Origin: Azolla caroliniana
Lineage: Eukaryota; Plantae; Polypodiophyta
Direction: 5' to 3'
Assembly: GCA_043228905.1 (NCBI GenBank)
Contig: JBHGNT010000017.1
Coordinates: 2,418,001-2,482,000, forward strand
Length of the DNA stretch: 64,000 nucleotides
Part shown: in pieces, positions 46,901 to 60,512 of the stretch
Layout: the number at the start of each line of letters is the position of its first letter
Position numbering within the stretch: the stretch's first letter is position 1
Made by a program: the position numbers and the translations under genes
The notes under the pieces: generated by a model
Database searches by the model: none
What the model was told of the DNA's origin: nothing
What the model saw: only the letters and a program-made list of their open reading frames with translations

Positions 46901-49762
46901 ATGATCAACTAAGGTCAATACTTGAAGAGATTTTGATCTCAACTAGATTGAGCGGACCACAAGAGCCTCCGAGTAACCAAAGCACATCTCAGCCAAGTCC
47001 AAAGATGGACAAAGGGAAGGCCAAAAAGCCGGAATATGAAGACGATCACTTCGACGGCAACGAATCGACTCATCCACTCGAAAGTGAGTTCGATGGCTTT
47101 GATGTGTCTCTTACGAGGTCACCCAGAGTTGAGAAAGCACTCACATCGGCAAATGAGAAACTCCGTCACTCCACCTGAGAGAAGAATCCGGTTAGCCGAT
47201 TCGGCTACAACGACTATATGGCATACCACTATGCCTTTATGATGAAGGTGGCAGTAGTTCGAGAATCGGAGAGCTTTGCCGAAGCCGCTAAAGATCCAGC
47301 AAGCTCTCAGCAAGAACGAGGAGATGCAAGCTCTCAGCAAGAATGAGACATGGGATCTCGTCCCTCACTCACCGCACAAGAAGGCAATCAGCTGCAGATG
47401 GATATACAAAGTGACGTATAATGACGATGGTTCCATCAACCGCTACAAAGCTCGACTCATAGCAAAGGGCTACGCACAAGCACAAGGCGTCGACTATGAA
47501 GAGACCTTTGCCCCGGTGGCAAAGATGACAACTATGCGAATCATGATAGCGCTTGCAGTAGCGAAAGGGTGGCACCTCCATTAGATGGATGTCAATAATG
47601 CTTTTCTTCAAGGAGAATTAGAAGAGGAGGTGTACATGGTACAACCACCCGACTTCGAATCCAACATTCATACGAAAGCCATCTGCCGACTCAAGAAGCC
47701 TCTCTACGGCCTTAAGCAAGCACCACGTGCTTGGCACTCGAAGATAACACAATATCTTCATTGAATTGGCTTCCGAATGTCAAAATCCGACAATTCTCTC
47801 TATGTAAGAAGCGATTCCGAAAGTCCGATCGTCATCATCCTATACGTGGATGATCTGGTCATTGGAGGTGAGCATCTAGTCAAGATCAACAAGGTCAAAT
47901 CCCTCCTTTCCAACAAATTCGAGATGACGAACATGAAAGAGCTCCACTACTTCCTTGGCATCGAGGTAATTCGGACTCCAGCCGGGATTATGATCTCCCA
48001 ATAGCACTACATTCTCAACTTGTTATACAAGTTCGGGATGACTGAGTGCAAGTCTGTGGCAACACCTCTCGACCGAAACCTCAAACTAGATGTCATTTCT
48101 GGCACCATAGAGTGTGAGACGACTCAGTATCAACAATTGATCGATAGTCTTATCTACCTCACGATAACTCGACCAAACTTGAGCTATCCGATTGGACTTC
48201 ATAGCCAGTTCATGCAAACGCCACGAGATATCCATTTGGATTGTGCTAAGAGAGTGCTATGATACGTGAGCGGAATGATGGACTATGGCATTCTCTATAA
48301 GTCGGCCACGCCAATTCAACTTGAGGGGTACACAGATGCCGACTGGGCAGGCTACAAAGCCGATCGACGATCAACCTCTGGTTTCATCTTCTCCCTTTGA
48401 AGTGGAGCCATCTCTGAGAGTAGCAAGAAGCAACCAATCGTCTCTCTTTCGAGCACAGAGACCAAATACAGGGGTGTGGCAGTGGCTGCATGTGAAGTCG
48501 TATGGCTTAAGAGGATCTTGAAGGATCTGGGCGTTCCCATCAAAGATCCAATTCCCCTTTACTGTGACAACATGAGTAGTATTTATCTGGCTCGGAACGC
48601 GGTGTTCCACACAAGCACGAAGCATATCGAAGTGCACTATCACTTCATTCGAGAGCGCGTTCAGGCTGGCGATGCCGACCTTCAACATATCACTACGAAT
48701 CTTCAGACAACCGACATCTTCACCAAAGCCCTAGGAGCCGAAAAGCTTCGGCAATTCCTGTTAGACCTTGGATTGACGGTCCCTGACTTGCCAAGCTTGA
48801 GGGGGAGTACGAGCCGGATGTACCAGATACCGTCCGAACCGGATACAAGCCGAAGCGAACATCAACTGAAGTAGTTGACCAAAGTTGAGCTTGAGGCGGC
48901 GTGTTGAGAATCAAGCTCAACCTAGTCTAGTGTGTGAACACACCCTTGAGAGTGTGCACTCAAAGGTCAAAAGTCACCACTCTTATCTACACATTAACTA
49001 TGTGTCATAGAATCATATTCTATGACACATAACTAATGAGTTTTCACATTCCCCATGACCCATGAGCTTCGGTAGTTAATGAAGAGAGAGAGTTACTATA
49101 TAAAGCACTCCCCTCCTACTTTGTAATTAAGTCGATTAATCTCCTTTGTAATATACATCTTCTTGAGTATTCTATTGTCTCTCTAATCTATCTTGTGTTT
49201 CTCTCTCACTCTCTCACTCTCTCACTCTCTCATACACACACACTCACAACACATATCTCTAGTCTATTCCGCTACACAAGAATCACCATCGATCCTTTAC
49301 AAGAAGAAACTATATAGCTTCAAACTTCTGGTCACATTTGGAACCCTTGCAATATAAATTTAGCTTTTCTCCTCTTCTGCGACAGATGTAAATATAGAAA
49401 TCCTTCTTACTCTTGGGAGAGAAGCTTAATTTCTCTTTTCCTCATGTAAAAAAGAGTAAGCTCTCCATTTGCTCCTCTCTCCTCTCTGTTCAATCTGTTG
49501 TTTTGATGCAATTAGGGATAGTTCTTTCTTCTTCTAGTTTTTTTCTATATTTGTTTCGGTGTTTGCCTTTCGTCACAATCTGTTAATGGGTATGAATGAC
49601 TGTTTCAAGTGAAATAAATGCCTATGATTTCTTCCACGGATTGGAAGCTACATACATCTATCGACTGGATCTCTTTTTGCTTGCCCATTTTACTGTTACT
49701 CTAATTTTACCTAATGTAATGCTGGAATGGAAATTAATATGATTTGTTTTAATCCATCTTAG

Positions 49763-50014
49763 ATGATTCTTGAAAATAACAGTAGTAGTGAAACAATGTT
49801 GCTTCCCCAACCATTCCCAACTATAGATTGCCCAGTAGTACCCCATGCATCCGATTTTTTGGCACCTTCTCTTAAACAAAATCCTCTACCGACAAATGCA
49901 TTTTGGCTTAAATTTATATTGACCTTTATGCATTGCTTTGCTCATCTTCCAATCCATTTTGAAGGCCTAGGTCCGTTTCCTTACCTCTCTATTACGCCAT
50001 ATATATCCTCTTAA
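49763..50014 (+). pseudogene. Probable N-terminal fragment of a GH81 endo-beta-1,3-glucanase / glucan-binding protein
   Basis: QPFPTIDCPVVPHASDFLAPSLKQNPLPTNAFWLKFIL resembles my recollection of the plant GH81 N-terminus (FP....V.P.PS.F....L...PLPTNSFFQNF); similarity decays after about 45 aa. Confidence 0.45.
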
Positions 50015-50034
50015 TTTACCACATTACCACTCTA

Positions 50035-50097
50035 GAATGTAGGGGTTGAACCCATGATCCTGGTCTCCAGTGGAAAACCTTACCAAGCTACACGCAC
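50035..50097 (-). mobile_element. tRNA-derived SINE-like fragment
   Basis: Minus strand A-box-like TAGCTTGGTAAGG and B-box GGTTCAACCC. Confidence 0.35.
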
Positions 50098-50504
50098 ACT
50101 CTTTCTTTCTCTTAATGAGCTTACCCTAGTGGTAAGTTGTTAAACTAATAGCACTACATCTATTGATTTGCTGACAGTCGATTGCTGTAGCCGACAGACA
50201 CAATAAGTCGAACGTTCTATCAAGAAGATTATGGTGGAGAGATGGGTTAGTCGACACTAATTTGACACATAGAGAATAGGTGTACAAAGATTAGTTACTA
50301 CGATTTAAACATACGTTCTTGATTGACTATTAGGTAATATAATTTGTGAAGCAGAGACTGAATTCGACACATCGACAAATGGAAAATACAGAGTAGTTGA
50401 CACAATAGATACTCTAACTACCAAAACTTATATTAATCAAAATAGATTGATATTGTTACAATGCTCTCCGTCCCTTTTTATAGGCGACCTAAGAGTCTTT
50501 TTTC

Positions 50505-51510
50505 CATGATTTACACTTGTCTTGTTCGGCAAGAACCTACAAAATTGTTCTATTTCCTAATATTACTTTAATTTCTATACTAGGCAAAGCTACATTTAAA
50601 TTCTGTCCTTTCATATTTATACGCTTTTTGACTCTTGTTCATACTCTTTGACTTCGACTTGGACACAGACTCCTTTCCACATTCGTCCAATTGCAACCAT
50701 TCGACTTTGGGTATCCGAGCAGCCAACACATGGCACGTCTGTGGGACAATGCCCTTTTACCATGATTTACACTTGCCTTGTTCGGCAAGAACCTACAAAA
50801 CCATTCTATTTCCTAATATTACTTTAATTTCTATACTAGGCAAAATTACATTTAAATTTTGTCCTTTCATATTTATATGCTTTCTAACTCTTGTTCATAC
50901 TCTTTGACGTCGACTTGGACACGGACTCCTTTCCACATTCGTCCAATTGCGACCATTCGACTTTGGGTATCCGAGCAGCCAACACATGGCACGTCTGTGG
51001 GACAATGCCCTTTTACCATGATTTACACTTGCCTTGTTCGGCAAGAACCTACAAAACCATTCTATTTCCTAATATTACTTGAATTTCTATACTAGGCAAA
51101 ATTACATTTAAATTTTGTCCTTTCATATTTATATGCTTTCTAACTCTTGTTCATACTCTTTGACTTCGACTTGGACTCCTTTCCACATTCGTCCAATTGC
51201 GACCATTCGACTTTGGGTATCCGAGCAGCCAACACATGGCACGTCTGTGGGACAATTCTCTTTTACCATGATTTACACTTGCCTTGTTCGGCAAGAACCT
51301 ACAAAACCGTTCTATTTCCTAATATTACTTTAATTTCTATACTAGGCAAAATTACATTTAAATTTTGTCCTTTCATATTTATATGCTTTCTGACTCTCGT
51401 TCATACGCTTTGACTTCGACTTGGACACAGACTCCTTTCCACATTCGTCCGACTTCGTCCATTCGACTTTAGGTATCCGACCGGCCAACACATGGCACGT
51501 CCATGGGATA
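50505..51510. repeat. Tandem array, about 256-bp unit, about 4 copies
   Basis: CATGATTTACACTTG at 50505, 50761, 51017 and 51267. Confidence 0.92.
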
Positions 51511-52960
51511 GTGCTCCATAATTTCCGCATTGAGGATGGGGTGAAGGGTGTGGGGGGATTGCTCGTCGGATTTGCTGTCGGGGAGGGGTATGGTTTCTGG
51601 CTTCATCGTAGTGTCCTGCTCCTTTTCCACTTGCACTTGTTTCGTCTCATATGCTTCCATTTCAAGTGCGAAGTCAATTTGATCTTCGCCGAATGCCTCT
51701 AGAAGCTGTGCTATCATTTGGAGGGCGCTTTCCTTCCACATTTCAATTAGCATGTGAATCCTCTCCTCCGACATTTCTGTCTTCGCTCGCATGTGCTTGA
51801 TGGTCACTTCGAGTTGTGTTATTTTGCTTGTAGTGCATCATGATTGTAATGCGTACCTGTCTTGGATGAGGCTCATATTCATCCGCAAGATGTCCAATTC
51901 CTTGGTGTACATCTCCATCCGAGCCATTTCTTGGCGCATGTGGTATTGAATTTCCTTTGCCAACTTATTCTCGCCTGCCATCTGCTCTTCATACCATGCC
52001 TTTTGCTTAGACTTTGCCTCACGAAGTTGATCGTTTGTTTGGCGTGTGTGGTGGCCTCTCTTTGTTCGTCGAGGGCCGCTAGAGTTCGGTTAAGCTTGTC
52101 CTAGAGAGTCTTTGCATTTTGCGAGGCGGGGGGCAAATAGTTTTTTCATGATTTGAGGGTTGTCAAAGTTCGGACCGAAGCTGTTCAATCTCTGTTTTTG
52201 CATTCGCCGCCACTTTCTTAGTTTTGGCCGCTATTGCTTGATGGGCCTCTACCTCCTTATGTAATGCTCGACTTTCATCCGTGGAGGAACCTTTCGTGGT
52301 GGCGGTAGATGTGGCTTCTTGCAGTTTCAAGTTTAATTTGACGATACATTGTTGCAACTCCTGCAGTTGCCGCCTGTTCTCCTTCTTAGTGTGCCACCCC
52401 TGCTTATTCTTATACGCCATGTCCTTTGCTCCAAGGCATAGATGAGCCAACTCTTGGTGGACTTCAACTAGGGCCATGTTTAGGGCTAGCAACTCGATTG
52501 CCATGTGTCCTCCGTTTGCATGCCTTTTCCGGCCAATCTTGCTTAAGGCCTTTTCTCCTTTGGATCTATTAATCCAGTTATAACGTGCTGGATCATTTGT
52601 CACTCGGCATGTTCTTCAGCCATGCGCTTGGCCATTGCGATTTCTTGTATTGCGAGGAACTTAACCAGTTCCAACGTTGTGCTAAACTGTAAGATCGCCG
52701 CAAATTTGTGTGTGACCATTGGGATCTCCTGATAAGCGAGGACTTCACTTTCCTAAATTAGGGACCCTTTTCCCCGTTGTAGCTTCTCGGTGAGTGTTGT
52801 TCCTTTTGTTGTGTCCTAAACGACTGTCGTTGATGACTCCACCCATGTCTTAGTGGCCGGCTTCGTCGGTGTGTCTTTTACCAAGCCTTGGCTGTTTTTT
52901 TTATCCTGACGGCGACGTTTCAACTTGAGGCTTTGGGGAGCCTTCTCTTGACATTGTTTG
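51469..52960 (-). pseudogene. Degenerate coiled-coil-rich ORF of unknown family, probably TE-borne
   Basis: ORF pieces 51469-51807 and 52163-52603 are E/K/Q/A/L-rich and heptad-like; no recognisable domain. Confidence 0.35.
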
Positions 52961-52965
52961 CTCGT

Positions 52966-54550
52966 TGTTGATGTGTGGGGGGTGGATATACAACACTGAG
53001 AGGAATACAACACTCTGACGAGTGTATCAGACGCACAAGGCTCTTCGCGTCTGCTATTACACACACAACTATGGCGCGACTCTCACAACTCTCTTTCACA
53101 CACTCCCTCTCATTCTACAACTACTGTTCTTACATTGTTTCTCCTTGCACACACATAAATTTTGCCCTAGTTGTATATATACTTACACAACATTCTGGCT
53201 ATTTACATACGTAGCCCTCATAGGGCGCACAGTTAGACTATTTACAAGTATAGTTAACCGAGTTGGCTATTTACACGATTCCGGTTTCAGCCTCGGCCGA
53301 GTCACTCATCAACTCGGCTCCTCTCTCTTTCCCATATGGATGGACTTGTTTCCACACATCATCATTATTATTATTACTATAATAATGATAGTCGAATCTT
53401 CAAACAATCGACTCACTGTTTTCGACTCTTCGACTGTCGGCTTTCCGAACAGTCGGATCTTCCCTATCATCGACTGTCGGCTTTCCGATCAGTCGGTTCT
53501 TCCTCCCACTAGAGGGACATATTCCCAACAAACTCCCCCTTCACTCCGGTGGGAGGAAATCTGTCAGTCCTTTATTTTGTCGACAGACTCTGAGTCTATC
53601 CAAAGGTAGGTTCTTCGTCAGCATGTCAAATCCATTGTCGTCAGTATGGATCTTCACAAGGGAAAACTCTCCTTCTTCGACTCTCTCCTGCAACCAGTGA
53701 TACCTTCTCTGTATGTGTTTGGTCCGGGAGTGGTATGCCACGTTTCGTGAATGCTCCTCGTTAGACTTTCGATTTCTGCTCGATTGCTCCCTACAATCAG
53801 CATGTCATCGACATAAAGGATCAGGTAGATCCGGGACTCATTGACAAATTGTCGAGTATACATACATGGGTTGGAGTCGGATCGGTGGTATCCAAGTTGC
53901 CTGATGTAGGAGTCGAACTTCTGGTACCACATCCTCAACGCTTGCTTTAAGCCATAGAGGCTTTTCTTCAATCAACATACAAGGTGACCTTCCTCCCCCG
54001 TCACCATGAAGCATGTCGGTTGAGACATATAGATATCTTCTTCCAAGTCTCCATGTAGGAAAGTCGTCTTGACATCCAACTGCTCGAGCTCTAGGTCCTC
54101 TGTCGCCATGGCCCAGAGTAAGAGCCGAAGTGTGGTCATCTTAACTACTAGAGAGAATATCTCATCGTAGTCGACTCCATGTTCCTATTTGAACACTTTT
54201 GCGACAAGCCGAGCTTTAAATTTGGGCTTCTCTAAGTCGGATACATATTTGTATCTGAATACCCATTTGCAGGGCAACGGCTTCCTTCCAACTGGTAGTT
54301 CGACCAACTCCCAAGTATTGTTCTGATGGATTGAGTCCATCTCGGATCGCATGGCTTGTACCCATATTTTGGAGTCCGACACGACTATGGCTTCCTCGTA
54401 GGAGCTCGGTTCGCCAGCGTCCATGTAATTGACGTAGTTAAGGCCCAGTTGATAGAACTCTATTGGCCTTCTGACTCGTCTAGATCTCTTGAGTGTTGAT
54501 TTTGTCGATTCAATTTCTTCAGTAGGCTCGGTCAGCCGATCAGTATTGCT
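52966..54550 (-). mobile_element. 5'-truncated Tnt1/Tork-like Copia: 3' LTR about 52966-53530 plus partly deleted RT/RNase H
   Basis: CCCAACA-AACTCCCCCT-TCA junction matches the F architecture; motifs AYHSRTKHIQRRYHW, ILYVDDML and KPLPCKWVF. Confidence 0.85.
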
Positions 54551-55572
54551 TGAAATACGTATTTTAGGAGTCCTATTGGATGACTAACCCTTGTGATAGG
54601 ATTTCAACGATGTCATGTCATCCTCCCCTGTTTCGGGATTGATTGAATTGGAGATCGGAGACTTAGCCAGCTCGGTCGACTTTTCTCTTTAGCCTTTATG
54701 GGTGTGTTAGTCAAATCGACTCTGTCTTCTTCGACTCTATCGTTTTCACCTTGACACTTCTTGGCTTTGCCTTTCTCGACTCTTGTGAGGACCTGCAAGT
54801 AAATGTGTGCAACAAACAACATAGATATGCAACACGAGAAGAAACCAGTAGATCGACAAATAGTGAAGCTTCAATGGAAGTTCTTGTTATTCTATATCTC
54901 TCTCTACAAGACTCAAGAGCAGCATTGTTACAACGTTAAGTTAAGACTTATATACTCAAGCCCTAACTATTGGGCGTGTTCACACTAGTAAGGATACAAA
55001 GTGGAAGGAGTCGACTTTTATGCCAACAAAATATGACTACAAATGCTACCCAACTATAAACTTGAACTTATCGTATTGAAAAACTATAATGAGTAAGATG
55101 ATAAACCATGTTGTATGACTATATCGTTGATTAAGACTCCTCTATTTCACCTCATAGTATAATTGGGATAATCCTATCTACTTATGGCGCCTTCACTTTC
55201 TTAATTTCATTTGCCTCCAACTTCAAATATGGTCATCTTCATTCATGATGCATGGTACTTAGCATAGTTCAGAATGTAAACATGTGCCTCTTGGCAGGTG
55301 CTCAAACAATACATATTACAGAATACAGTGCCAACTTGGAATGACAGTAACAATCATCACATTTAGCAAATACACAGCTAAGGTTACGGTTCATGCAATT
55401 TAATTAGCAAGGTCAGGTAAAAATTGTACATTTAGCATTTAGCATGAAAAATCTGTGCCCTTGATGTACCAATTAGAGTGGTAAATATGGACAATTATTC
55501 TGAATTTCTTGTGAGCTCTTGTAGCGCTTGCCCAATTAATTAAGGTATATACCCTGAGCATAAGAGGTTCTT

Positions 55573-58500
55573 CTAGTCAAGAAAATACAGGCATTCATTA
55601 TCCCGAATGACATCTAAATCATCTATTTCTGCACCATCAGCGGATAACACTTCCTTTGGCTTCATCCCCAGTTTTTCACCTGAAATAGTAATAATAAGAA
55701 TAAAATGTGTGAATCAGCAAGAAAACATCATCATGTAAAAGACCATATGTGCGGAACATACATTAGAAATATGGTTACCTGCCATCTTCATCAGCTCCTC
55801 AAATGTTGTGGGCAGGAGAATCAGCTTACCACGTATTTTGCCTCCCTTGCTAGTAGTAGGGGATCCCTCAAATATGGTTACTCGACGGGGATGACTGCTA
55901 TGAAATAATGCTCTGCTAGACTTGTTGTCTACATGGAAAGATGCAGAAACAACACTAAAAAGCGATGCCTCAAAATTCTTTGATGACTTTCTCCCTCTAC
56001 CGGATAACTTATTTACAACTGTTGATTTAGAACCAACTAAGCCATTGGGCTGTTTCCTACTTGCTACAGTGGATAACTCAACTTCATATTGCCCTTCGTT
56101 CAATATAGATTCTTCCCCTGTTTTTGTGCATGAAGGCATGTTAAATGGTGGAGAACGTTTATCAAATAGCATCTGAAGTCCTTCCTGGCTCAGCTGGGTG
56201 GCTGAATCAGAAGAGTCATCCAATTTGACGCTTTTATGTCCAAGGATGCCATTGAGCTGAGGCAAATGCTTTGAAATAGCAGATTGCAGTTTTGTCAAGT
56301 TCTGTGGCTTTACAGAGCTGATTCTCGCTCCATATTTGAGCAATTGCAGAAATCCCTCTGTATCGCCTTTTTGGATTGTATTGTACAAGAGCTCTCCATC
56401 TTCTTCTGAGTTCAAATTTGCATGGTTCTCCCATAAAACTTGTGCTACTGTTGGATGTCCTGCCTTAATTGCCTCCCATAGGGGAACGCTATTTTCATTG
56501 TCTGCAACATATGCTAACTCAATTAGTTTGCTGCACATTATGGAGATTCACATTGTGTAGCTTACCCTAACCTTCTTGTCAAACAAGTTATGGGAGAGGG
56601 AGGGAGACATACCTCGTCTGTTTGGATCAGCACCATATTCAAGCAGAATGCGAACACATTCTAAATAGCCATTAGCTGCTGCAATATGCTGAACAAATTA
56701 AACAAAAATGTCCATCTCAATAAGAAGATCCATTAATTATTTATACAGCGTTACAGATATGTCAAAGAAATTACCAAAGGTGTTCTGCCACTGTGATCTG
56801 TTGTATCTGGATCTGTTCCTTGCACTAGAAGTTGATGCATAAGCTCAGAATTTCCCACTGATGCAGCATACCGAAGACTCAATATCATGCCCCCTCTCCC
56901 CAGGGCTATTGTTTCCTCTATCTCCTCCATAAGATCTGAACCATATGAGCTCTTCACATGCTGTCATTAAAATCACAAATACAACTTTCTAAGCAGATAA
57001 GCCATCAGAACCAGAATTACGCATAAATTTGTTAACCTCAAGGAGATTGTCCATCACAATTTGTGCATCAACTATATTGGCTTGCGCAATGTTCATGAAG
57101 CTGATCCTATCAATTCTTAATAGTTGCGACAGTTTTGTTGTACGGACAGTGAAGATCTGTGGCCTGAAACATAGTACTCCAATTTCACCAACAACATCAC
57201 CTGATTTCGCAAATCCAGAAAGCTAATTCAACAGAGAAAAAGAATTCAGTTGATGAATTTAAATAAAAAAATCATTGTTGCGCGTCACAATAAAAAAAGT
57301 TGGAGAAATAACTTGATGGATAAGTTTGTAATATCTCAGACAAGGTTTTCTCCCTATTTTGTCAGTGACAGAACAGGAAATATCCAAAGTTTAAACAAAT
57401 CATAAGAAATATTTCATACACTATGTATGTACAGTGGCATTACAAGTTTTCATGATTCTGAGTATATTTCATACACTATGTATGTACAGTGGCATTATAA
57501 GTTTTCATGATTCTGAATCTCATGTTACGAGATTTAGATGCATGAAGGGTTATCAGTTCAGAAAATCTGACATAGGAAAGGAGACAGAGACATTCTGATA
57601 AAACAGGTTAAGAATCATCCACAGAATATAGTTGGCACTACCTGTTCAGTTCCATTATTTATATATAAATCCTGTAAAAGCAATGAGAATATATATTCAG
57701 AATGACAAGAAATTGACATACTTATGCAAATGAATTAAACCTATTTACGTTTGAAGATCACATATACCAGTACTCCAGACACTACAATATAAAATTCAGT
57801 GGGAGCCTCATTTTGTAAGATCATATCCTCTTCTGGTGGAAAATATTCTGGCTTCATCCCTGCGACCTTAAATAATCAACAGTATCTGATTTAGCATCAC
57901 AGGAAAACATCAATGTGTATCTGGGAGAGCCTACAATAATTCCATATAAAATCACTTTCAGACTCAAGAAACATACAATCTGTAGGAGGAAGTCGTTTGA
58001 TGTGTTCTTGAAAAGGTAGGCACTCTTTACTGTTGGAAGAAACAAGTGATGTGCAATGGCAGAACGAATTGCTTTCGGTAATTCTGGTATTATCTCCTCA
58101 TGCTTTAGGTACTCGGTTCTGTATTTTAATCTCAGGTGGTCAACCATTTGATTATGTAACCTTGGGGGCAAGTGATTTCGTTTGGAAAAATTTGTAATCC
58201 CATGGATTGTGTCTCTCTGTCACAACATGATTAAACTTTGATTGTCATAGCTGATGTGATGCTTTTTGCAACTTCATGCACTAAAACAAAAAATATCTGT
58301 ATCTTACAAATCTCCGGGTCCGACTTGTCACGTGCACAACTAAATTTGTCATGTTGCCTATCAGATAGGCTGTGAGACCGAGGTTAAAGAACATGTAAAG
58401 TATTTCAAAAACCATCTCTGAAGAATTTTGGGCATGAAGGTCACCATAACCAACTGATGTTAGAGTTGTTATTGACCAATACATTGCATAGATGTAACAA

Positions 58501-60512
58501 ACCCATGGACTCTTATTCCTGAAATCAGGGAGAGCAGATCCGATCCAAGTTTTTTCGTCCTTCTCTTCTGGGTACGATGCTGCCAGCAAAAAGTAGAAAC
58601 AGCCAGCAAAATGAACAGCCAGCAGAGTAACCTGCAAAGAAAACCACTTGAATGAAACCAAGAAAAGATAACTATGCTCCTACATTGTAGGATGGATAAG
58701 GTCAAATTCAATTATCTCTGGAATGAGCTGCCAAAATCGTGTTTCAAACAAACTCATGCAGCCATGTCACCACAAGATTACTTTTGCCTAACTTGAACCT
58801 TGGAGTAATCTATAACGAGATTTGCAGTTTATAGCAATGATAGTGATGTCTGAATTGTCTTTTGTATAATATTGAAAAGGGCATGTCGCCATAGGTGGTA
58901 GTTATAAATAGGGCCTTCAATTGCTCCATACACTTCCCCAGGAGCCACAATACATGAAATTGCAAAGGTTTTTTCTAGCATGCAGAAAGAAATGCTATCA
59001 TTTGATATGAACAGGAAACAGCTGAGAGATCCACTTACGCATGACAATTTAAAACCTCGAATCCAAAAGTATGTGAAGCGAATGTCCTTCTCTAGACTGC
59101 AATACTCAATATGGAGCTAAGCTTACATCATATAAACAAATATGTTTTGTTGCATTTAAGGTGTTCCCAAGAAAAAAGAAATTACCGTATGAAGAACTTG
59201 CTAACTCTTCGCAGCCTCCAAAGGCGAAGCATGTTGAGTAGACTGTAACTTCTGCCTTCCCCATATCTCCTAGAAAACACGAGTGCTTGAATAGGGAAAA
59301 TAGATAATACATCCAATGCAAAGCCTGTTCTAAGGTACCTGTGTAGATTAGAAGGTCATGAACTTTTCAAAAACATTAAAATTGATTACCATAACATATA
59401 TCTTCCATACCTTGCAGCAATTTTAGATCGTTTGGTGACGAGAAGGTAAGTATTTCTGTCCACATATGCAACAAAAAATGTAACAACGATGTCGACAAAG
59501 AAGAAACAATCCACTATAAAGTCTGCAATAATATAGGGCAATAAATGCTTCCGGATAAATCCCAATTCGAATGGTGACATCCAAGCCGTGTACATCACAA
59601 GGAAGATTAAACAGCTTTCCCAACATCTGTGTGCCCAATTATATCAGAAATATTAGGTAAAACAAAAGGATTAGCATATCCTGTTTGAAAGTTTGGTAAT
59701 TTCACACTGATGATTGAGATTTCCTTTATGATGATGTGATCATCAGATGAATCACCACAACCTTAATTGTTTTTACTTCTTTCAAGAGACATAGAGAGAA
59801 ATTGCTGAAGGAAAACAATCCAACTACAAACCCTCATCAACAAAGAACCATAACAACGTTTTTTAGGTTCATCACTCCTCATGTTTTGTCAAAGGCAGAA
59901 TTTCAGAGTATCTAAGATCAAAATTTTAAGTAATCAGCTAGGGAAAATGTCTGCAGCTTTACTAATTTTCTTCTAGTTATTTTGGTTTGTGTTCCCAAAG
60001 ATGAGACAATCTTTTAAGATGCAATCTCTACTTCAGTCTCCTTCGACATTTCATGCTAGGTTTAGTTCTAAGGATGTTAAAAAATGTATCAGTGTCACGC
60101 AATATAGTGCTAGATCAAGAGCTATAGAGAGATGATGTTCCAATCTGATATATGAACTATTTAGCCAAGTTTGTTTTGATAGATATTGTAATTTGATTTT
60201 CCAAAGGAATGGAACTTCGTAAGGTGATGAATGCGACATATCATTTCAGTCATAAAAGTGCTGAGCAGCCTTTCGAAGTGATCAAGAAAACCTGTATCGG
60301 GCATCGTTGGGGATGATGATGTTCTGCTGGATTGACACAAATCTCCTGCTTCTTGCTCCTAATGCCGGCAACAGATCTGGATCGAAACTGTTGAAGCGGG
60401 CCAACTCAAGGGGATCATGTGCATGGCGATGAAGCTTAGCATTAAGGGTGCTGGAAGCAGGGGCGGCATTGAAACAGGAAACAGTGGGAGGGCAAGAAGT
60501 TGGGGAGCCCAT
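55573..60512 (-). CDS. Shaker-type K+ channel, AKT1-like, 872 aa. Exons: 60512-60292, 59626-59411, 59338-59186, 59096-59039, 58631-58308, 58216-57977, 57866-57768, 57671-57642, 57222-57037, 56960-56775, 56688-56613, 56501-55779, 55679-55573
   Basis: All introns GT-AG; joined length 2619 bp is in frame. S4 [10 protein letters not shown]; pore [17 protein letters not shown]; cNMP-binding EYFPP/GEIGVLC; ankyrin GRTPLHIAA; KHA domain at the C-terminus. Confidence 0.93.
57409..57516. repeat. About 55-bp intronic tandem duplication, 2 copies
   Basis: ATATTTCATACACTATGTATGTACAGTGGCATTAyAAGTTTT(T)CATGATTCTGA occurs twice. Confidence 0.8.

Larger units (their letters stand above)
25834..49301 (+). 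mobile_element. Element C: degenerate Ty1/copia related to A (LTRs 25834-26239 and 48902-49301)
   Basis: LTR pair; PBS TGGTATCAGAGC 26240-26251; TSD ATAAG/AGAAG; gag start 26392-26414; remaining gag-pol 45003-48870 with stops. Confidence 0.93.
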
